The position numbers were made by a program, and so were the translations under genes. DNA of 64,000 nt from an uncultured delta proteobacterium (GTDB lineage Bacteria > Desulfobacterota > Desulfobaccia > Desulfobaccales > 0-14-0-80-60-11), in the NCBI GenBank assembly GCA_963812015.1, contig CAWETI010000003.1:1568001-1632000 (forward strand). Direction: 5' to 3'. The notes beneath the pieces are model-generated. The model was given only the letters and a program-made list of their open reading frames with translations. It made no database searches and had not been told where the DNA came from. Below are positions 20,173 through 30,165 of this stretch, piece by piece (within the stretch, counting starts at the first letter, position 1; each line of letters begins with the position of its first letter).

Positions 20173-21633
20173 TTACAAGCCCGGGAAGATCTTCACCGCA
20201 TTCATAGCCAGGTTGTAGAGGCACCCCGGGAAGATGCCGATGGCCAGCACCCCGGCGGCGGTGACGGCCACCACCGCGGTCTGGGCCGGGGAAAAGGTGA
20301 CCAAGCCTAGGTCCGCCTCCGCCGGCTTCATATACATGAGCACGGTGATGCGGAGATAGTAGAAGACCGACACCAGGGAGTTCATGACCCCGATGATGGC
20401 CAGCCAGATATAGCCGGCCTGGATGGCGGCGGAGAAGATATAGAACTTGCCCACGAAACCCGCGGTGGGGGGAATCCCCGCCAGGGCGAACATGAACAGG
20501 GCCATGGAGGCGGCCAGGACCGGATGCTGGGCCCCCAGGCCCGAGTAGTCGTAGATGTTGAGATAGCTGTCCTTTTTCCGCCCCACCAGGATCACCACCC
20601 CGAAGGCCCCCAGGTTCATCAGGGTATAGGCCAACAGGTAGTACAGCAGGCTCACAGCCCCCAGCTGGTTGGCGGCCACCAGGGCCACCAGCAGATAGCC
20701 GGCGTGGGCGATGGAGGAGTAGGCCAGCATGCGTTTGATATTGGTCTGGGAGATGGCGGCGACGTTTCCGATGGTCATGGTAGCCACGGCCAGGACCCAC
20801 AGGAGCATGGTCCAGTCCACCTTCATGGCCGGGAAGGCCAGGAAGAAGACCCGGGCGAAGGCGGCGAAGGCGGCGGCCTTGACGGCCACGGCCATGAACG
20901 CGGTCACCGAGGTGGGGGCGCCTTCATAGACGTCCGGGGTCCACATATGGAAGGGGGCCGAGGCCACTTTGAAGCCGAAGCCCACGATCAACAGGCCCAT
21001 GCCCAGGAGGACCAGGGGCTGCATGGCCGGATCGGCGCCTAAACGCGATGGCAGGTCGCTCAAAAACAGCGTGCCCCCCGAGGCCCCATAGAGCATGGCC
21101 ATGCCGAAGAGCAGAAAGGCGCTGGAGAACGACCCCAGGATGAGGTACTTCAACGCCGCTTCATTGGAGCGCAAATCTTCCCGAAAAAGGCCCGCCAGGA
21201 CATAAACCGCGATGGACATGACCTCCAGGCCCAGGAAGATCATGATCAGGTGGGCCCCCGCCGCCATGAGCATCATGCCCACGGTGGCGAAGAGCATGAG
21301 GGCGTAGTATTCGCCCATATTCTTGCCGTAGTCTTCCAGGTACTGCCGGGAGATGAGCACCGTCAGGGCCGCGCCCAGGATGAAGATCATATAGAAGAAA
21401 CAAGAGTAGTTATCCAGGTAGACCATGCGGGCGAAATCGGTGCCGTTTTGCCCCCAGAGGCCGATGGTCTGGATGGCGGCCACCGCCAGGCCCACCAGGG
21501 CGACCCAGGAAAAGCACCCCTTCTGCCCTTTGGGGGAGAGGGCATCCAACACCAGGATGAGGATGGCGGTCACGGTGAGCGTCAGCCAAGGCCCGATGCT
21601 GCTCAGATGGAAGCTGGGGATGATGAGGTTCAT
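20173..21633 (-). CDS. nuoN: NADH-quinone oxidoreductase subunit N
   Basis: EAALKY, FKVASAPFHMWTPDVYEGAPT, KRMLAYSSIAHAGY, GIPPTAGFVGK. Confidence 0.97.
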   Translation of the reverse strand: MNLIIPSFHLSSIGPWLTLTVTAILILVLDALSPKGQKGCFSWVALVGLAVAAIQTIGLWGQNGTDFARMVYLDNYSCFFYMIFILGAALTVLISRQYLEDYGKNMGEYYALMLFATVGMMLMAAGAHLIMIFLGLEVMSIAVYVLAGLFREDLRSNEAALKYLILGSFSSAFLLFGMAMLYGASGGTLFLSDLPSRLGADPAMQPLVLLGMGLLIVGFGFKVASAPFHMWTPDVYEGAPTSVTAFMAVAVKAAAFAAFARVFFLAFPAMKVDWTMLLWVLAVATMTIGNVAAISQTNIKRMLAYSSIAHAGYLLVALVAANQLGAVSLLYYLLAYTLMNLGAFGVVILVGRKKDSYLNIYDYSGLGAQHPVLAASMALFMFALAGIPPTAGFVGKFYIFSAAIQAGYIWLAIIGVMNSLVSVFYYLRITVLMYMKPAEADLGLVTFSPAQTAVVAVTAAGVLAIGIFPGCLYNLAMNAVKIFPGL

Positions 21634-23165
21634 TGCGCCTCCCCCTTAAACACATGGGATTGAGAAACCTGCGTGGACTTGGCTTTAGCCATCATGGCCA
21701 GGAAGTTCTGCGTCGACGCCTTGGTCTTATCTAAAAAGGTGCTGGGGTAGACCCCGATCCAGATGATGAAGAGGATCAGGGGCGCAAAGATGGCGATTTC
21801 CCGCCAAGACAGGTCCTTGAGGTCCTTGTTTTTCTCGTTGGTCACCTTGCCGAATACCACCCGCTGGAACATCCACAACATGTAGCAGGCCGCGAAGATG
21901 ACCCCGGTGGCGGCAATGACCGCGTAGAGCTTGTTGACCTTAAAGGTCCCCAGAAGGATGAGGAACTCACCCACGAAGCCGTTCAACCCCGGCAGCCCGA
22001 TGGAAGACAGGGTCACGATCATGAAGATGATGGCAAAGATGGGCATCGGCGTACACAGGCCGCCGAATTCCGAGATCATCCGGGTGTGGCGCCGCTCGTA
22101 AATCGTGCCGACGATCAAGAACAAGGCCCCGGTGGACAGCCCGTGGTTGATCATCTGGATGATGCCCCCCTGGACCCCCGGCATGGTGAAGGTAAACAGG
22201 CCCAGCATGACAAAGCCCAGGTGGCTTACCGAGGAGAAGGCGATGAGGCGCTTCAGATCTTTTTGCACCATGGAGACCAGGGCGCCGTAAACGATGCCGA
22301 TGACCGCCAGGATGCTGAACAGGGGCACAAAGTAGTGGGCCGCCTCGGGAAAGAGCGGCATGTTGAAGCGCAGGAAGCCGTAAGTCCCCATCTTCAAGAG
22401 CACTGCCGCCAGGATGACCGACCCCACGGTGGGGGCTTCGGTGTGGGCATCCGGCAACCAGGTGTGGAAGGGGAACATGGGCACCTTGATGGCAAACGCC
22501 AACCCGAAGGCCAGGAACATCCAGAACTGCAGGTTGAAGGGGATCGAGATGCTATAGAGCTTCAACAGGTCGAAGGTATATGTGCCGGTGGTCTTGCCGT
22601 AGTGGAAGTAGAGGACCAGAATGGCCACTAACATCAGCAAGGAGCCGAACATGGTGAACAGGAAGAACTTGATGGCCGCATAGACCCGGCGGGCCGGATT
22701 GCCCCAGACGCCGATGAGCAGGTACATGGGGATGAGCATCACTTCCCAGAAGACGTAGAACAGAAAGAGGTCCAGGGAAACGAAGACGCCGATCATGCCG
22801 CTCATCAGGGCCAGCAGGCATACCATGAATTCCTTGACCCGGTGCTGGATGTCATCCCAGGTGGCCAGCACGCACAGGGGGGTCAGAAAGGTGGTGAGCA
22901 TGATGAGCAGCAAGGAAAAGCCGTCCACCCCCACGTAGTAGCTGACGCCGTAGGCCGGCAGCCATTCCCGCCGCTCCACGAACTGCATGGCCGCGGTCTG
23001 ACTGTTGAAATTAAACCAGAGGGGCAGGGAAAAGAGGAACTCCGCCACGGTTATGGCCAGGGTGGCGACCTTCAGGCCCTTGTGGTGCTTCCGGTTCAGG
23101 ATCAGCAGTATCCCTATCCCCACCAGGGGGAAGAAGATCAGAATGGAGAGGATTGGTAGTTGCAT
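21630..23165 (-). CDS. nuoM: NADH-quinone oxidoreductase subunit M
   Basis: FYVFWEVMLIP, AIKVPMFPFHTWLPDAHTEAPT, LLKMGTYG, GLPGLNGFVGE. Confidence 0.97.
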   Translation of the reverse strand: MQLPILSILIFFPLVGIGILLILNRKHHKGLKVATLAITVAEFLFSLPLWFNFNSQTAAMQFVERREWLPAYGVSYYVGVDGFSLLLIMLTTFLTPLCVLATWDDIQHRVKEFMVCLLALMSGMIGVFVSLDLFLFYVFWEVMLIPMYLLIGVWGNPARRVYAAIKFFLFTMFGSLLMLVAILVLYFHYGKTTGTYTFDLLKLYSISIPFNLQFWMFLAFGLAFAIKVPMFPFHTWLPDAHTEAPTVGSVILAAVLLKMGTYGFLRFNMPLFPEAAHYFVPLFSILAVIGIVYGALVSMVQKDLKRLIAFSSVSHLGFVMLGLFTFTMPGVQGGIIQMINHGLSTGALFLIVGTIYERRHTRMISEFGGLCTPMPIFAIIFMIVTLSSIGLPGLNGFVGEFLILLGTFKVNKLYAVIAATGVIFAACYMLWMFQRVVFGKVTNEKNKDLKDLSWREIAIFAPLILFIIWIGVYPSTFLDKTKASTQNFLAMMAKAKSTQVSQSHVFKGEAQ

Positions 23166-23174
23166 GTGCCCCCC

Positions 23175-25073
23175 CTAACGCCCGATAAGATAGCCGGTGA
23201 CGAGCACCGCACCGAGGAGGATGGCCAGGGCGTAACTTTGCACAAACCCGGTCTCCAGCTTTCGGAGGTGGCTGCTCAGCCAACCGACGGTAGTGGCGCT
23301 GCCGTTCACCGCGCCGTCAATGACATTTTCGTCCACGTTGTGCCACAGGAAGTCGGAGCCGTTCTTGATGGGCTCCACCACCGTGGCGTCATAGACCTCG
23401 TCCATGTAGTACTTGTGGTACACCAGGTCGTAGATGACCGGGATTTTCTCGATCACCTTTTCTGGCAGTTCGGGTTTCTTCATATAGAACTTGTAAGCCA
23501 TAAAGATACCCGACGCGGCCACCGCCATGGAAAAGACCATCATGGTGATTTCGAACCAGGCCGGGGCGTGCACCTCATGCACCAGCGGAGTAATGGCCGG
23601 GGCCAGGAACTCCTTGAATTTATTGGCGCCTTCGATGATGGGGAAGCCCACCAGGCCGCCCACCACCGAGAGCCCCGCCAGGGTCATCAGGGGCACGGTC
23701 ATCAGGGGCGGTGATTCATGGGGATGCACATGATGATGGTCGAACTTTTCCTCGCCGTGGAAGGTCATGAACACCGCCCGGAACATATAGAAGGCGGTGA
23801 TGAAGGCCGCCACGGTGGCGATGCCCCAGAAGACCGTATGGCCGCTCACCAGGGAGTGGAACAGGATCTCATCCTTGCTGAAGAAACCGGCGAAGGGGAA
23901 AATCCCGGCGATGGCCAGGGTGGCCAGGATAAAGGTCCAGTACGTGATGGGCATGTACTTTTTCAGGTTGCCCATGTTGCGCATGTCTTGTTCGCCGTGC
24001 ATGCCGTGGATGACGGAGCCGGACCCCAAGAAGAGGAGGGCCTTAAAAAAGGCGTGGGTCATGAGATGGAAGATGCCGGAGGTAAAGGCCCCCACCCCAC
24101 AGGCCAGAAACATATAGCCCAACTGGCTCACGGTGGAGTAAGCCAGGACGCGCTTGATGTCGAATTGGGTAATGCCGATGGTGGCCGCATAGATGGCCGT
24201 GAGCGCCCCCACTCCCGCCACCACCGTCATGGAGATGGGCGACAGAACAAACATGGTGCTGCACCGGGTCACCATGAAGACGCCGGCGGTGACCATGGTG
24301 GCCGCATGGATCAAGGCGGATACCGGGGTGGGACCTTCCATGGCGTCAGGCAACCAGGTATACAGGGGTATCTGGGCCGATTTGCCGGTGGCCCCTAAAA
24401 ATAGGCACAGGGTGATAGCGGTAAGGACCCCGGACCCCATGGGAAACTTGGCAGCCAGGGGAAAGACATCCGCGAAGTTCACCGACCCAAAGGTCCAGAA
24501 GATCAGGAAGACGCCCAAGAGGAACCCGAAGTCGCCGATCCGGTTGACCACAAAGGCTTTTTTGCCCGCGTCGGACGCCGACTGCTTTTCATACCAGAAC
24601 CCGATGAGCAGATAAGAACAGAGACCGACGCCTTCCCAGCCCACGAACATCAGGAGGAAGTTGTTGGCGCTCACCAGGATGAGCATGGCGAAGACGAAGA
24701 GGTTCAGGTAAGCGAAATAACGGTAAAAGCCCTCGTCTTCGGCCATATAGCCGATGGAATAGATATGGATGAGGGTGCTCACCCCGGAAACCACCAGCAG
24801 CATGATCAGGGAGAGGGGGTCGATCAGGAAGGCCACCGAGACTTTGAAGGTCCCCGAGGCGATCCAGGTGTACATCACCTTTTCCACCGCGTGGACCCCC
24901 TCCGGGAGCTTTAGGAATTCCAGGAAGATCGCCACGGTGACCAGAAAACTCAAGCCCACAGCCGCGGCGCCGATGGTTCCCACCACTCCCTTGGGCAGAC
25001 TCTTGCCCACCAGGCCGTTGATCAGAAAGCCGATGAGGGGAAAGAGGGGTATCAGCCAGACATAATCCATCAT
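23175..25073 (-). CDS. nuoL: NADH-quinone oxidoreductase subunit L
   Basis: GWEGVGLCSYLLIGFW, GKSAQIPLYTWLPDAMEGPTPVSALIHAATMV, HAFFKALLFL. Confidence 0.98.
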   Translation of the reverse strand: MMDYVWLIPLFPLIGFLINGLVGKSLPKGVVGTIGAAAVGLSFLVTVAIFLEFLKLPEGVHAVEKVMYTWIASGTFKVSVAFLIDPLSLIMLLVVSGVSTLIHIYSIGYMAEDEGFYRYFAYLNLFVFAMLILVSANNFLLMFVGWEGVGLCSYLLIGFWYEKQSASDAGKKAFVVNRIGDFGFLLGVFLIFWTFGSVNFADVFPLAAKFPMGSGVLTAITLCLFLGATGKSAQIPLYTWLPDAMEGPTPVSALIHAATMVTAGVFMVTRCSTMFVLSPISMTVVAGVGALTAIYAATIGITQFDIKRVLAYSTVSQLGYMFLACGVGAFTSGIFHLMTHAFFKALLFLGSGSVIHGMHGEQDMRNMGNLKKYMPITYWTFILATLAIAGIFPFAGFFSKDEILFHSLVSGHTVFWGIATVAAFITAFYMFRAVFMTFHGEEKFDHHHVHPHESPPLMTVPLMTLAGLSVVGGLVGFPIIEGANKFKEFLAPAITPLVHEVHAPAWFEITMMVFSMAVAASGIFMAYKFYMKKPELPEKVIEKIPVIYDLVYHKYYMDEVYDATVVEPIKNGSDFLWHNVDENVIDGAVNGSATTVGWLSSHLRKLETGFVQSYALAILLGAVLVTGYLIGR

Positions 25074-25083
25074 GGGGTTCGCC

Positions 25084-25389
25084 TCACCACTTGAGGATGT
25101 TGAGATCGTCTACGTAGACGGTGCCGCGATTGCGGAAGATGGCCACGATCAGGGCCAGTCCCACCGCCACTTCAGCCGCGGCCACGGTCAGGACAAAGAA
25201 CACGAACATCTGGCCGTCCACCGCTTTGAAGTAATCGGCAAAGCCGATGAAGGCCAGGTTGACGGCATTGAGCATCATTTCGATGCACATGTAGATGACC
25301 AGGGCGTTGCGCCGGATCAGGACCCCGATCACCCCCAGGGCGAACAGGGCCACGCTCAAGGCCAGGTAATATTGGACAGGCACTACCAT
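25084..25389 (-). CDS. nuoK: NADH-quinone oxidoreductase subunit K
   Basis: [25 protein letters not shown]. Confidence 0.97.
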   Translation of the reverse strand: MVVPVQYYLALSVALFALGVIGVLIRRNALVIYMCIEMMLNAVNLAFIGFADYFKAVDGQMFVFFVLTVAAAEVAVGLALIVAIFRNRGTVYVDDLNILKW

Positions 25390-25409
25390 CCGGAATTCTC
25401 CCTCGCCGG

Positions 25410-25907
25410 CTACTTCAGCCGGGATTTGGCCAGCACCACGGCCCCCACGATGGCCACCAGGAGCAGGACCGAGGTGACTTCAAAGGGCAGCAGATAGTCG
25501 GTGAACAGACTCCGGGCGATGGATTCGGTGTTGCCCAAACCCGGGGCCATTTCCTTGCCGGTGGTCAGTACGGCTTTAGTCACGCCGTAAATCAGGATCA
25601 GCCCGGTGAAGCCCGCCAGAATGATGCCCCCCAGTTTCCGTCCGATAAAGGGGATCTTGGGCTCCTCCTCCGGCTGCCTGATATTCAGGAGCATGATGAC
25701 AAACAGGAACAGCACCATGATGGCCCCGGCGTAAACGATCACCTGGATGGCGGCGATGAATTCGGCGTGGGCCAGCAGGTAGATGCCTGCCACCGCAAAG
25801 AAGTTGACGATGAGCCAGAGGGCGCTCCTCAGGGGGTGCTTCTGAAAGACCACCAGGCCACCGGATACCAGGGCCACGGCGCCCAGGATGAAAAACAGCG
25901 TCTGCAT
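25410..25907 (-). CDS. nuoJ: NADH-quinone oxidoreductase subunit J
   Basis: [33 protein letters not shown]. Confidence 0.97.
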   Translation of the reverse strand: MQTLFFILGAVALVSGGLVVFQKHPLRSALWLIVNFFAVAGIYLLAHAEFIAAIQVIVYAGAIMVLFLFVIMLLNIRQPEEEPKIPFIGRKLGGIILAGFTGLILIYGVTKAVLTTGKEMAPGLGNTESIARSLFTDYLLPFEVTSVLLLVAIVGAVVLAKSRLK

Positions 25908-25945
25908 CCCTCGGGCCTCCTATTCCTGCCGCACCGCATGGGGTT

Positions 25946-26377
25946 TCATAACCAATCCCCCAGGCGCAGTTGCGGCTTACTTTGGGTGGCTGTCTCGATG
26001 TCGAGGACGAGCACCTTTTTGTCGTATTGAGCCAGTTCGTAAAGGTTGTTCAGCTTGATGGCGCCCTTGGGACAGGCCTCCTGGCAGAAGCCGCAGAAGA
26101 TGCAGCGCTGCAAGTCGATGGTGAAGGCCACCGGGTACTTCTCGTGTTCCGCACCTTCAGCCGCGACAATGGCCTTGATGGCGTTACTCGGGCAGACCAC
26201 CATGCACAGGGTGCAGGCCACGCAACGCCGGCTCCCGTCCTCATTGATGGTGAGTTCCGGATGGCCCCGCCAGCGAGGCGAGGGCACCCGTTTCTCTTCC
26301 GGATACTGGAGGGTGAGGGGTTTGCTGAAAACCATCCTGAGGGTGGTCGCCAACCCTTTGAGCAAAGGAATAATCAT
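25946..26377 (-). CDS. nuoI: NADH-quinone oxidoreductase subunit I
   Basis: TLQYPEE, two CxxCxxCxxxCP motifs. Confidence 0.96.
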   Translation of the reverse strand: MIIPLLKGLATTLRMVFSKPLTLQYPEEKRVPSPRWRGHPELTINEDGSRRCVACTLCMVVCPSNAIKAIVAAEGAEHEKYPVAFTIDLQRCIFCGFCQEACPKGAIKLNNLYELAQYDKKVLVLDIETATQSKPQLRLGDWL

Positions 26378-26380
26378 AGA

Positions 26381-27412
26381 TTAACCCTTGATAAGTAAGA
26401 TAACCGCCCCGGTGACCAGGATGTTCACCAGGCTCAGCGGCAAAAGGATCTTCCAGCCCAAGGCCATGAGCTGATCAAACCGGAAACGGGGGAAGGTGCC
26501 TCTCACCCAGATGAAGAAGAAGACCAGTGCGAAGGTCTTGCCCATGAACCAGACCACGGGGGGCAGCACCGGCCCCTGCCAGCCGCCCAGGAACAGGGTG
26601 GTGGCCAGCGCCGAAGCCACGATGATGTGGGTGTATTCCCCCATCATGAACAGGGCAAACTTCATGGAGCTGTATTCCGTCTGGTACCCGGCCACCAGCT
26701 CGTTTTCGCACTCGATGAGGTCAAAGGGCGTCCGGCCGCATTCGGCCATGGCCGCAGTCATAAATATCAGGAAGCCCAGGGGCTGGTAAACGATGAAAGG
26801 CAAACACTTTTGGGCTTCCACGATCTTCACGGTGCTCAGGGACCCGGCCAGCATGATCACCCCGATGACGGAGAGCCCCAGGGCCAACTCGTAGCTGACC
26901 ATCTGGGCGCACAGGCGCAGACCGCCCAACAAGGAATACTTGTTGTTCGAGGCCCAGCCGCCCAGGATCGCCCCGTACACCCCCAGCGAACCCACCGCGA
27001 AGATGTAAAGCAGGCCGATGTTGGTGTCCGCGACCACCCCCTGGTTCAGGGCGGCCACGGTCAGGTCGACCTTGTAGCCGTAAAGGGTGAACTCCGGGGG
27101 CAGGATATTGCCGGCGAAGGGGATGACCGCAAAGGGCAGGAACGCCGCTCCGGCGGTGATGGCCGGCGCCATGAGGAACAGGATCTTGTTGGCTCCCGGC
27201 GGCGTAAAGTCCTCCTTAAACAGCAGTTTGAGGAGGTCGGCCACGGGCTGGAGCAGCCCCCATGGCCCTACCCGGTTGGGGCCGTAACGCAGCTGGATGA
27301 AACCCAGGACCTTACGTTCCATGAGCACCGTATAGGCTACGCATGTGAGCAGGACCCCCATCACCACGGCGATCTTTAGGACGCTGATAAGTATTAAGAG
27401 GGGCAGATTCAT
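26381..27412 (-). CDS. nuoH: NADH-quinone oxidoreductase subunit H
   Basis: ERKV..IQLRYGPNRVG, QPVAD.LKL..KE, RTPFDL.E.ENELVAGY.TEYS, PRFRFDQLM. Confidence 0.97.
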   Translation of the reverse strand: MNLPLLILISVLKIAVVMGVLLTCVAYTVLMERKVLGFIQLRYGPNRVGPWGLLQPVADLLKLLFKEDFTPPGANKILFLMAPAITAGAAFLPFAVIPFAGNILPPEFTLYGYKVDLTVAALNQGVVADTNIGLLYIFAVGSLGVYGAILGGWASNNKYSLLGGLRLCAQMVSYELALGLSVIGVIMLAGSLSTVKIVEAQKCLPFIVYQPLGFLIFMTAAMAECGRTPFDLIECENELVAGYQTEYSSMKFALFMMGEYTHIIVASALATTLFLGGWQGPVLPPVVWFMGKTFALVFFFIWVRGTFPRFRFDQLMALGWKILLPLSLVNILVTGAVILLIKG

Positions 27413-27416
27413 GTTC

Positions 27417-30020
27417 TCAACCCTTTTGGATGGTCACGCGCACCAGGTTGGAGTTAAGGGTTAAATCGTTGGCGGCCGGAGTAGCAAAATGCTCCGGCAG
27501 AAACACCACGCCCGGGGGCACGTTCGAGGACAGCCTCACCGGCACCGTGATCTCCCCGTGGGAGGAAATGACCTTGGCAACCTCCCCCGCCGCCAGTTCC
27601 AGACTCTTGGCGTCTTCGGGGTTGACCGTCAGGGACGCCCCGCCGGTAACGGACATGGTGCCACAGGGGTGATGCGTGGTGTATGACCCCGAGTGCTGCA
27701 GGGACTTGCCAATGATCAGGGTGTAGGGCCGCCGGCCAGGCAGGCTGATGTCTACCTCGAAGGGAACGAACGTGCCGCTCAGATTGGCCTTGCATTGCGG
27801 GCACGGCGCACTCAACGTGGGCGCCAGACCGGCCCACAGGGGCATCTTCCGGGCCAGTTCCCGGAAAATCTCCTTGGCGTTGATGTAGTTCAACGCGAAC
27901 CCCATCTTGGCCCCAATCTGGCTGATAATCTGCCAGTCGGGCCGCACCCCGTTGGTGGGCAAGGCCTGCTTGAGCAACCCCAGTTGGCCGGTGCTGCTGA
28001 TGAAGGTGCCTTCCTGCTCGGCGTGCACCGCCACCGGCAAGACCACGTGCGCCAGCTTGGCGGTTTCGGTGAGGAAGGCATCCTGGACCACGATAAAAGG
28101 AACCTTCTTGAGCAGTTTTTCCACCCGGCCGCGCTGGGGCAGGCTCCGCAGCAGGTCCCCCCCCAACAGATACAGGGCCTTGGGGGCCGCGGGGTCATCC
28201 TTCTCCAGGAGGTCCAGCGCCTCTTCCAGGGTGGGGCCGGGCTCCGAACCTTCCACCGGCATATAGCCGGGGAGCATATCCGGCAGGACCCCAACTTCGC
28301 TGACCCCCCGGGTGTTGTTCTTTTCGGCCACGGGGTACAGGGCGCTGCCGGGGGCCTCGGGTTTGCCCACCAGGAGGAAAAGGTCGGCCAGGGCCAGGGC
28401 GTTCTGTTGGCCTTTGTCCTGGCTCAACAGCTCGGTGCCGAAGATAATGGCCGGGGCCTGGGCCTTCGCCAACAGGGCCGCCACTTCCTTGAGGACGCTG
28501 TCCTCTATCCCGGTTTTGGTGGTGATATCCTTGGGGCTGATCTTGATGCTCTCTTTAAACTCGTCGAACCCGCTCACCTTGATGGCCGGAGTCCATTCGG
28601 GATTGTCGGCCAGGAAGAACTTGATCAATCCGGCGATGAGGACCCGTTCGCTCCCGGGCTTATACCGGAGAGACAGGGTGGCGTAGCGGTCGAACTTGGT
28701 CTTGCGGGGATTGGCCAGCACCAGGCGGAAGTTGGGGTTTTCCCGGGCTTCCATGAGCTTCCAGCCCAGGGGCGGCATCTCCGGGGTAACGTCCGTGCCC
28801 ACCACCAGGACCAGGTCGGCCTTGGGGAGGTCCGCCAGTTTCCCCAGGACAAAGGGGAAGCCGCTGCCCTGGGCCTCTTCTTTGACGGCCAGGGGGGAGT
28901 GGTAGGCCGGCGCCAGGCTGCCGCCGGGTTCCACGCCTTCGAGCTTGAGCCCCCCGAAGACCTCGGCCAGCGCCTTGAGGGCCCGGACATAGTTGTAACG
29001 GCCCGGGTTGTCCAACTGGTTGGTGGCGAGCCCTTCCCGGAAAAATTTCTGGAAGGCGTAATTGGCTTCGTTGGTGGCCCGGGGCGAGCCGACGCCGTAA
29101 ATGGACTTGGCCCCGTCGGTCTCAACCGTCTCCTTGAATTTGGCGGCCACCAGGTCCAGGGCCTCATCCCAGGAGGCGGGCCTAAACGCGCCGTTTTCCC
29201 GAATCAGCGGGGTCTTGAGGCGGTCGTCCGACTCCACCACCGGCCAGCCGAAGCGGCCCCGGCCGCAGAGCAGCACGCTGTCTTCGTTCAACACCCGCAT
29301 GATGCGGCCGTCTTTGGTGTGCACCTGGTAAGTGCAGCCGCCGCCGCAGAAGGGGCAGGCGATTTCGGTCTTGGTCACGTCCCAGGCCCGGGTCCGGTAC
29401 TTGAACTGCTTGTTGATCAGGGCTCCCACCGGACAGATGTCGATGCAGGATCCGCAGAATTCGCAGTCCAGGGGTTGGGCGCCGCTGGCCAGTTCGGTGA
29501 AGTAGCCCCGCAGGGTGAAGTTGATGGCCATGGCCCCCACCCGGTCCCGGCAGATGCGGACGCAGCGGCCGCAGGTGACGCAGCGGTCCGGGTGGCGCTC
29601 CACCAGTTGGGAGACGTAATCCGGATTGGGCGGCAGCTTGACCGCATCCAGATCAACCGTGGGAACCCCCAGAGTATGGGTGAGGTTCTGGAGTTCGCAT
29701 TCCCCGCCCTTGTCACAGATGGGGCACTCCAGGGCGTGGTTGATGAGGACCAGCTTCATCAGTTCCTGACGGAGAGCCACCAGCTTAGGCGAGTTGGTCA
29801 CCACCTCCATGCCCTCATTCACGTACGTGGCGCAGGCCGGTAGGGGCCGCGGCGGCCCGGGCTTGATCTCCACCACGCAGATGCGGCAGGAGCCGATGGG
29901 TTTCAACGCCGGATGGTAGCACAGGAAGGGGATAAAGACCCCATTCTCTTTGGCCACTTCCAGGATGGTCGAGCCCGGTTTCGCCTGAATGGCCCGCCCG
30001 TCGATGGTCAGATTAACCAT
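27417..30020 (-). CDS. nuoG: NADH-quinone oxidoreductase subunit G (molybdopterin oxidoreductase fold)
   Basis: [2Fe-2S] LCYH..GSCRICVV..PAC, HALECPICDKGGEC, CVTCGRCVRIC, CEFCGSCIDICP, CPFCGGGC..LCGRG. Confidence 0.93.
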   Translation of the reverse strand: MVNLTIDGRAIQAKPGSTILEVAKENGVFIPFLCYHPALKPIGSCRICVVEIKPGPPRPLPACATYVNEGMEVVTNSPKLVALRQELMKLVLINHALECPICDKGGECELQNLTHTLGVPTVDLDAVKLPPNPDYVSQLVERHPDRCVTCGRCVRICRDRVGAMAINFTLRGYFTELASGAQPLDCEFCGSCIDICPVGALINKQFKYRTRAWDVTKTEIACPFCGGGCTYQVHTKDGRIMRVLNEDSVLLCGRGRFGWPVVESDDRLKTPLIRENGAFRPASWDEALDLVAAKFKETVETDGAKSIYGVGSPRATNEANYAFQKFFREGLATNQLDNPGRYNYVRALKALAEVFGGLKLEGVEPGGSLAPAYHSPLAVKEEAQGSGFPFVLGKLADLPKADLVLVVGTDVTPEMPPLGWKLMEARENPNFRLVLANPRKTKFDRYATLSLRYKPGSERVLIAGLIKFFLADNPEWTPAIKVSGFDEFKESIKISPKDITTKTGIEDSVLKEVAALLAKAQAPAIIFGTELLSQDKGQQNALALADLFLLVGKPEAPGSALYPVAEKNNTRGVSEVGVLPDMLPGYMPVEGSEPGPTLEEALDLLEKDDPAAPKALYLLGGDLLRSLPQRGRVEKLLKKVPFIVVQDAFLTETAKLAHVVLPVAVHAEQEGTFISSTGQLGLLKQALPTNGVRPDWQIISQIGAKMGFALNYINAKEIFRELARKMPLWAGLAPTLSAPCPQCKANLSGTFVPFEVDISLPGRRPYTLIIGKSLQHSGSYTTHHPCGTMSVTGGASLTVNPEDAKSLELAAGEVAKVISSHGEITVPVRLSSNVPPGVVFLPEHFATPAANDLTLNSNLVRVTIQKG

Positions 30021-30165
30021 AAGTCTTTCCTATGTTGTTGAGCTGTCAGCGGCCGGCGGTCAGTTTGCATGCCCTGATCCCTGACTGCTGCCTTATCCAT
30101 GCACCGAGGTAAAGTGGGCGCTGCCCACCAGTGCTTATTTAGTGGCGGGCCGGGCCCGCCCGACA

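Noticed and set aside
27693..29843. Long antisense ORFs (also 7056-8651, 60371-61927 and many others)
   Set aside because: Shadow frames of GC-rich genuine genes on the opposite strand.
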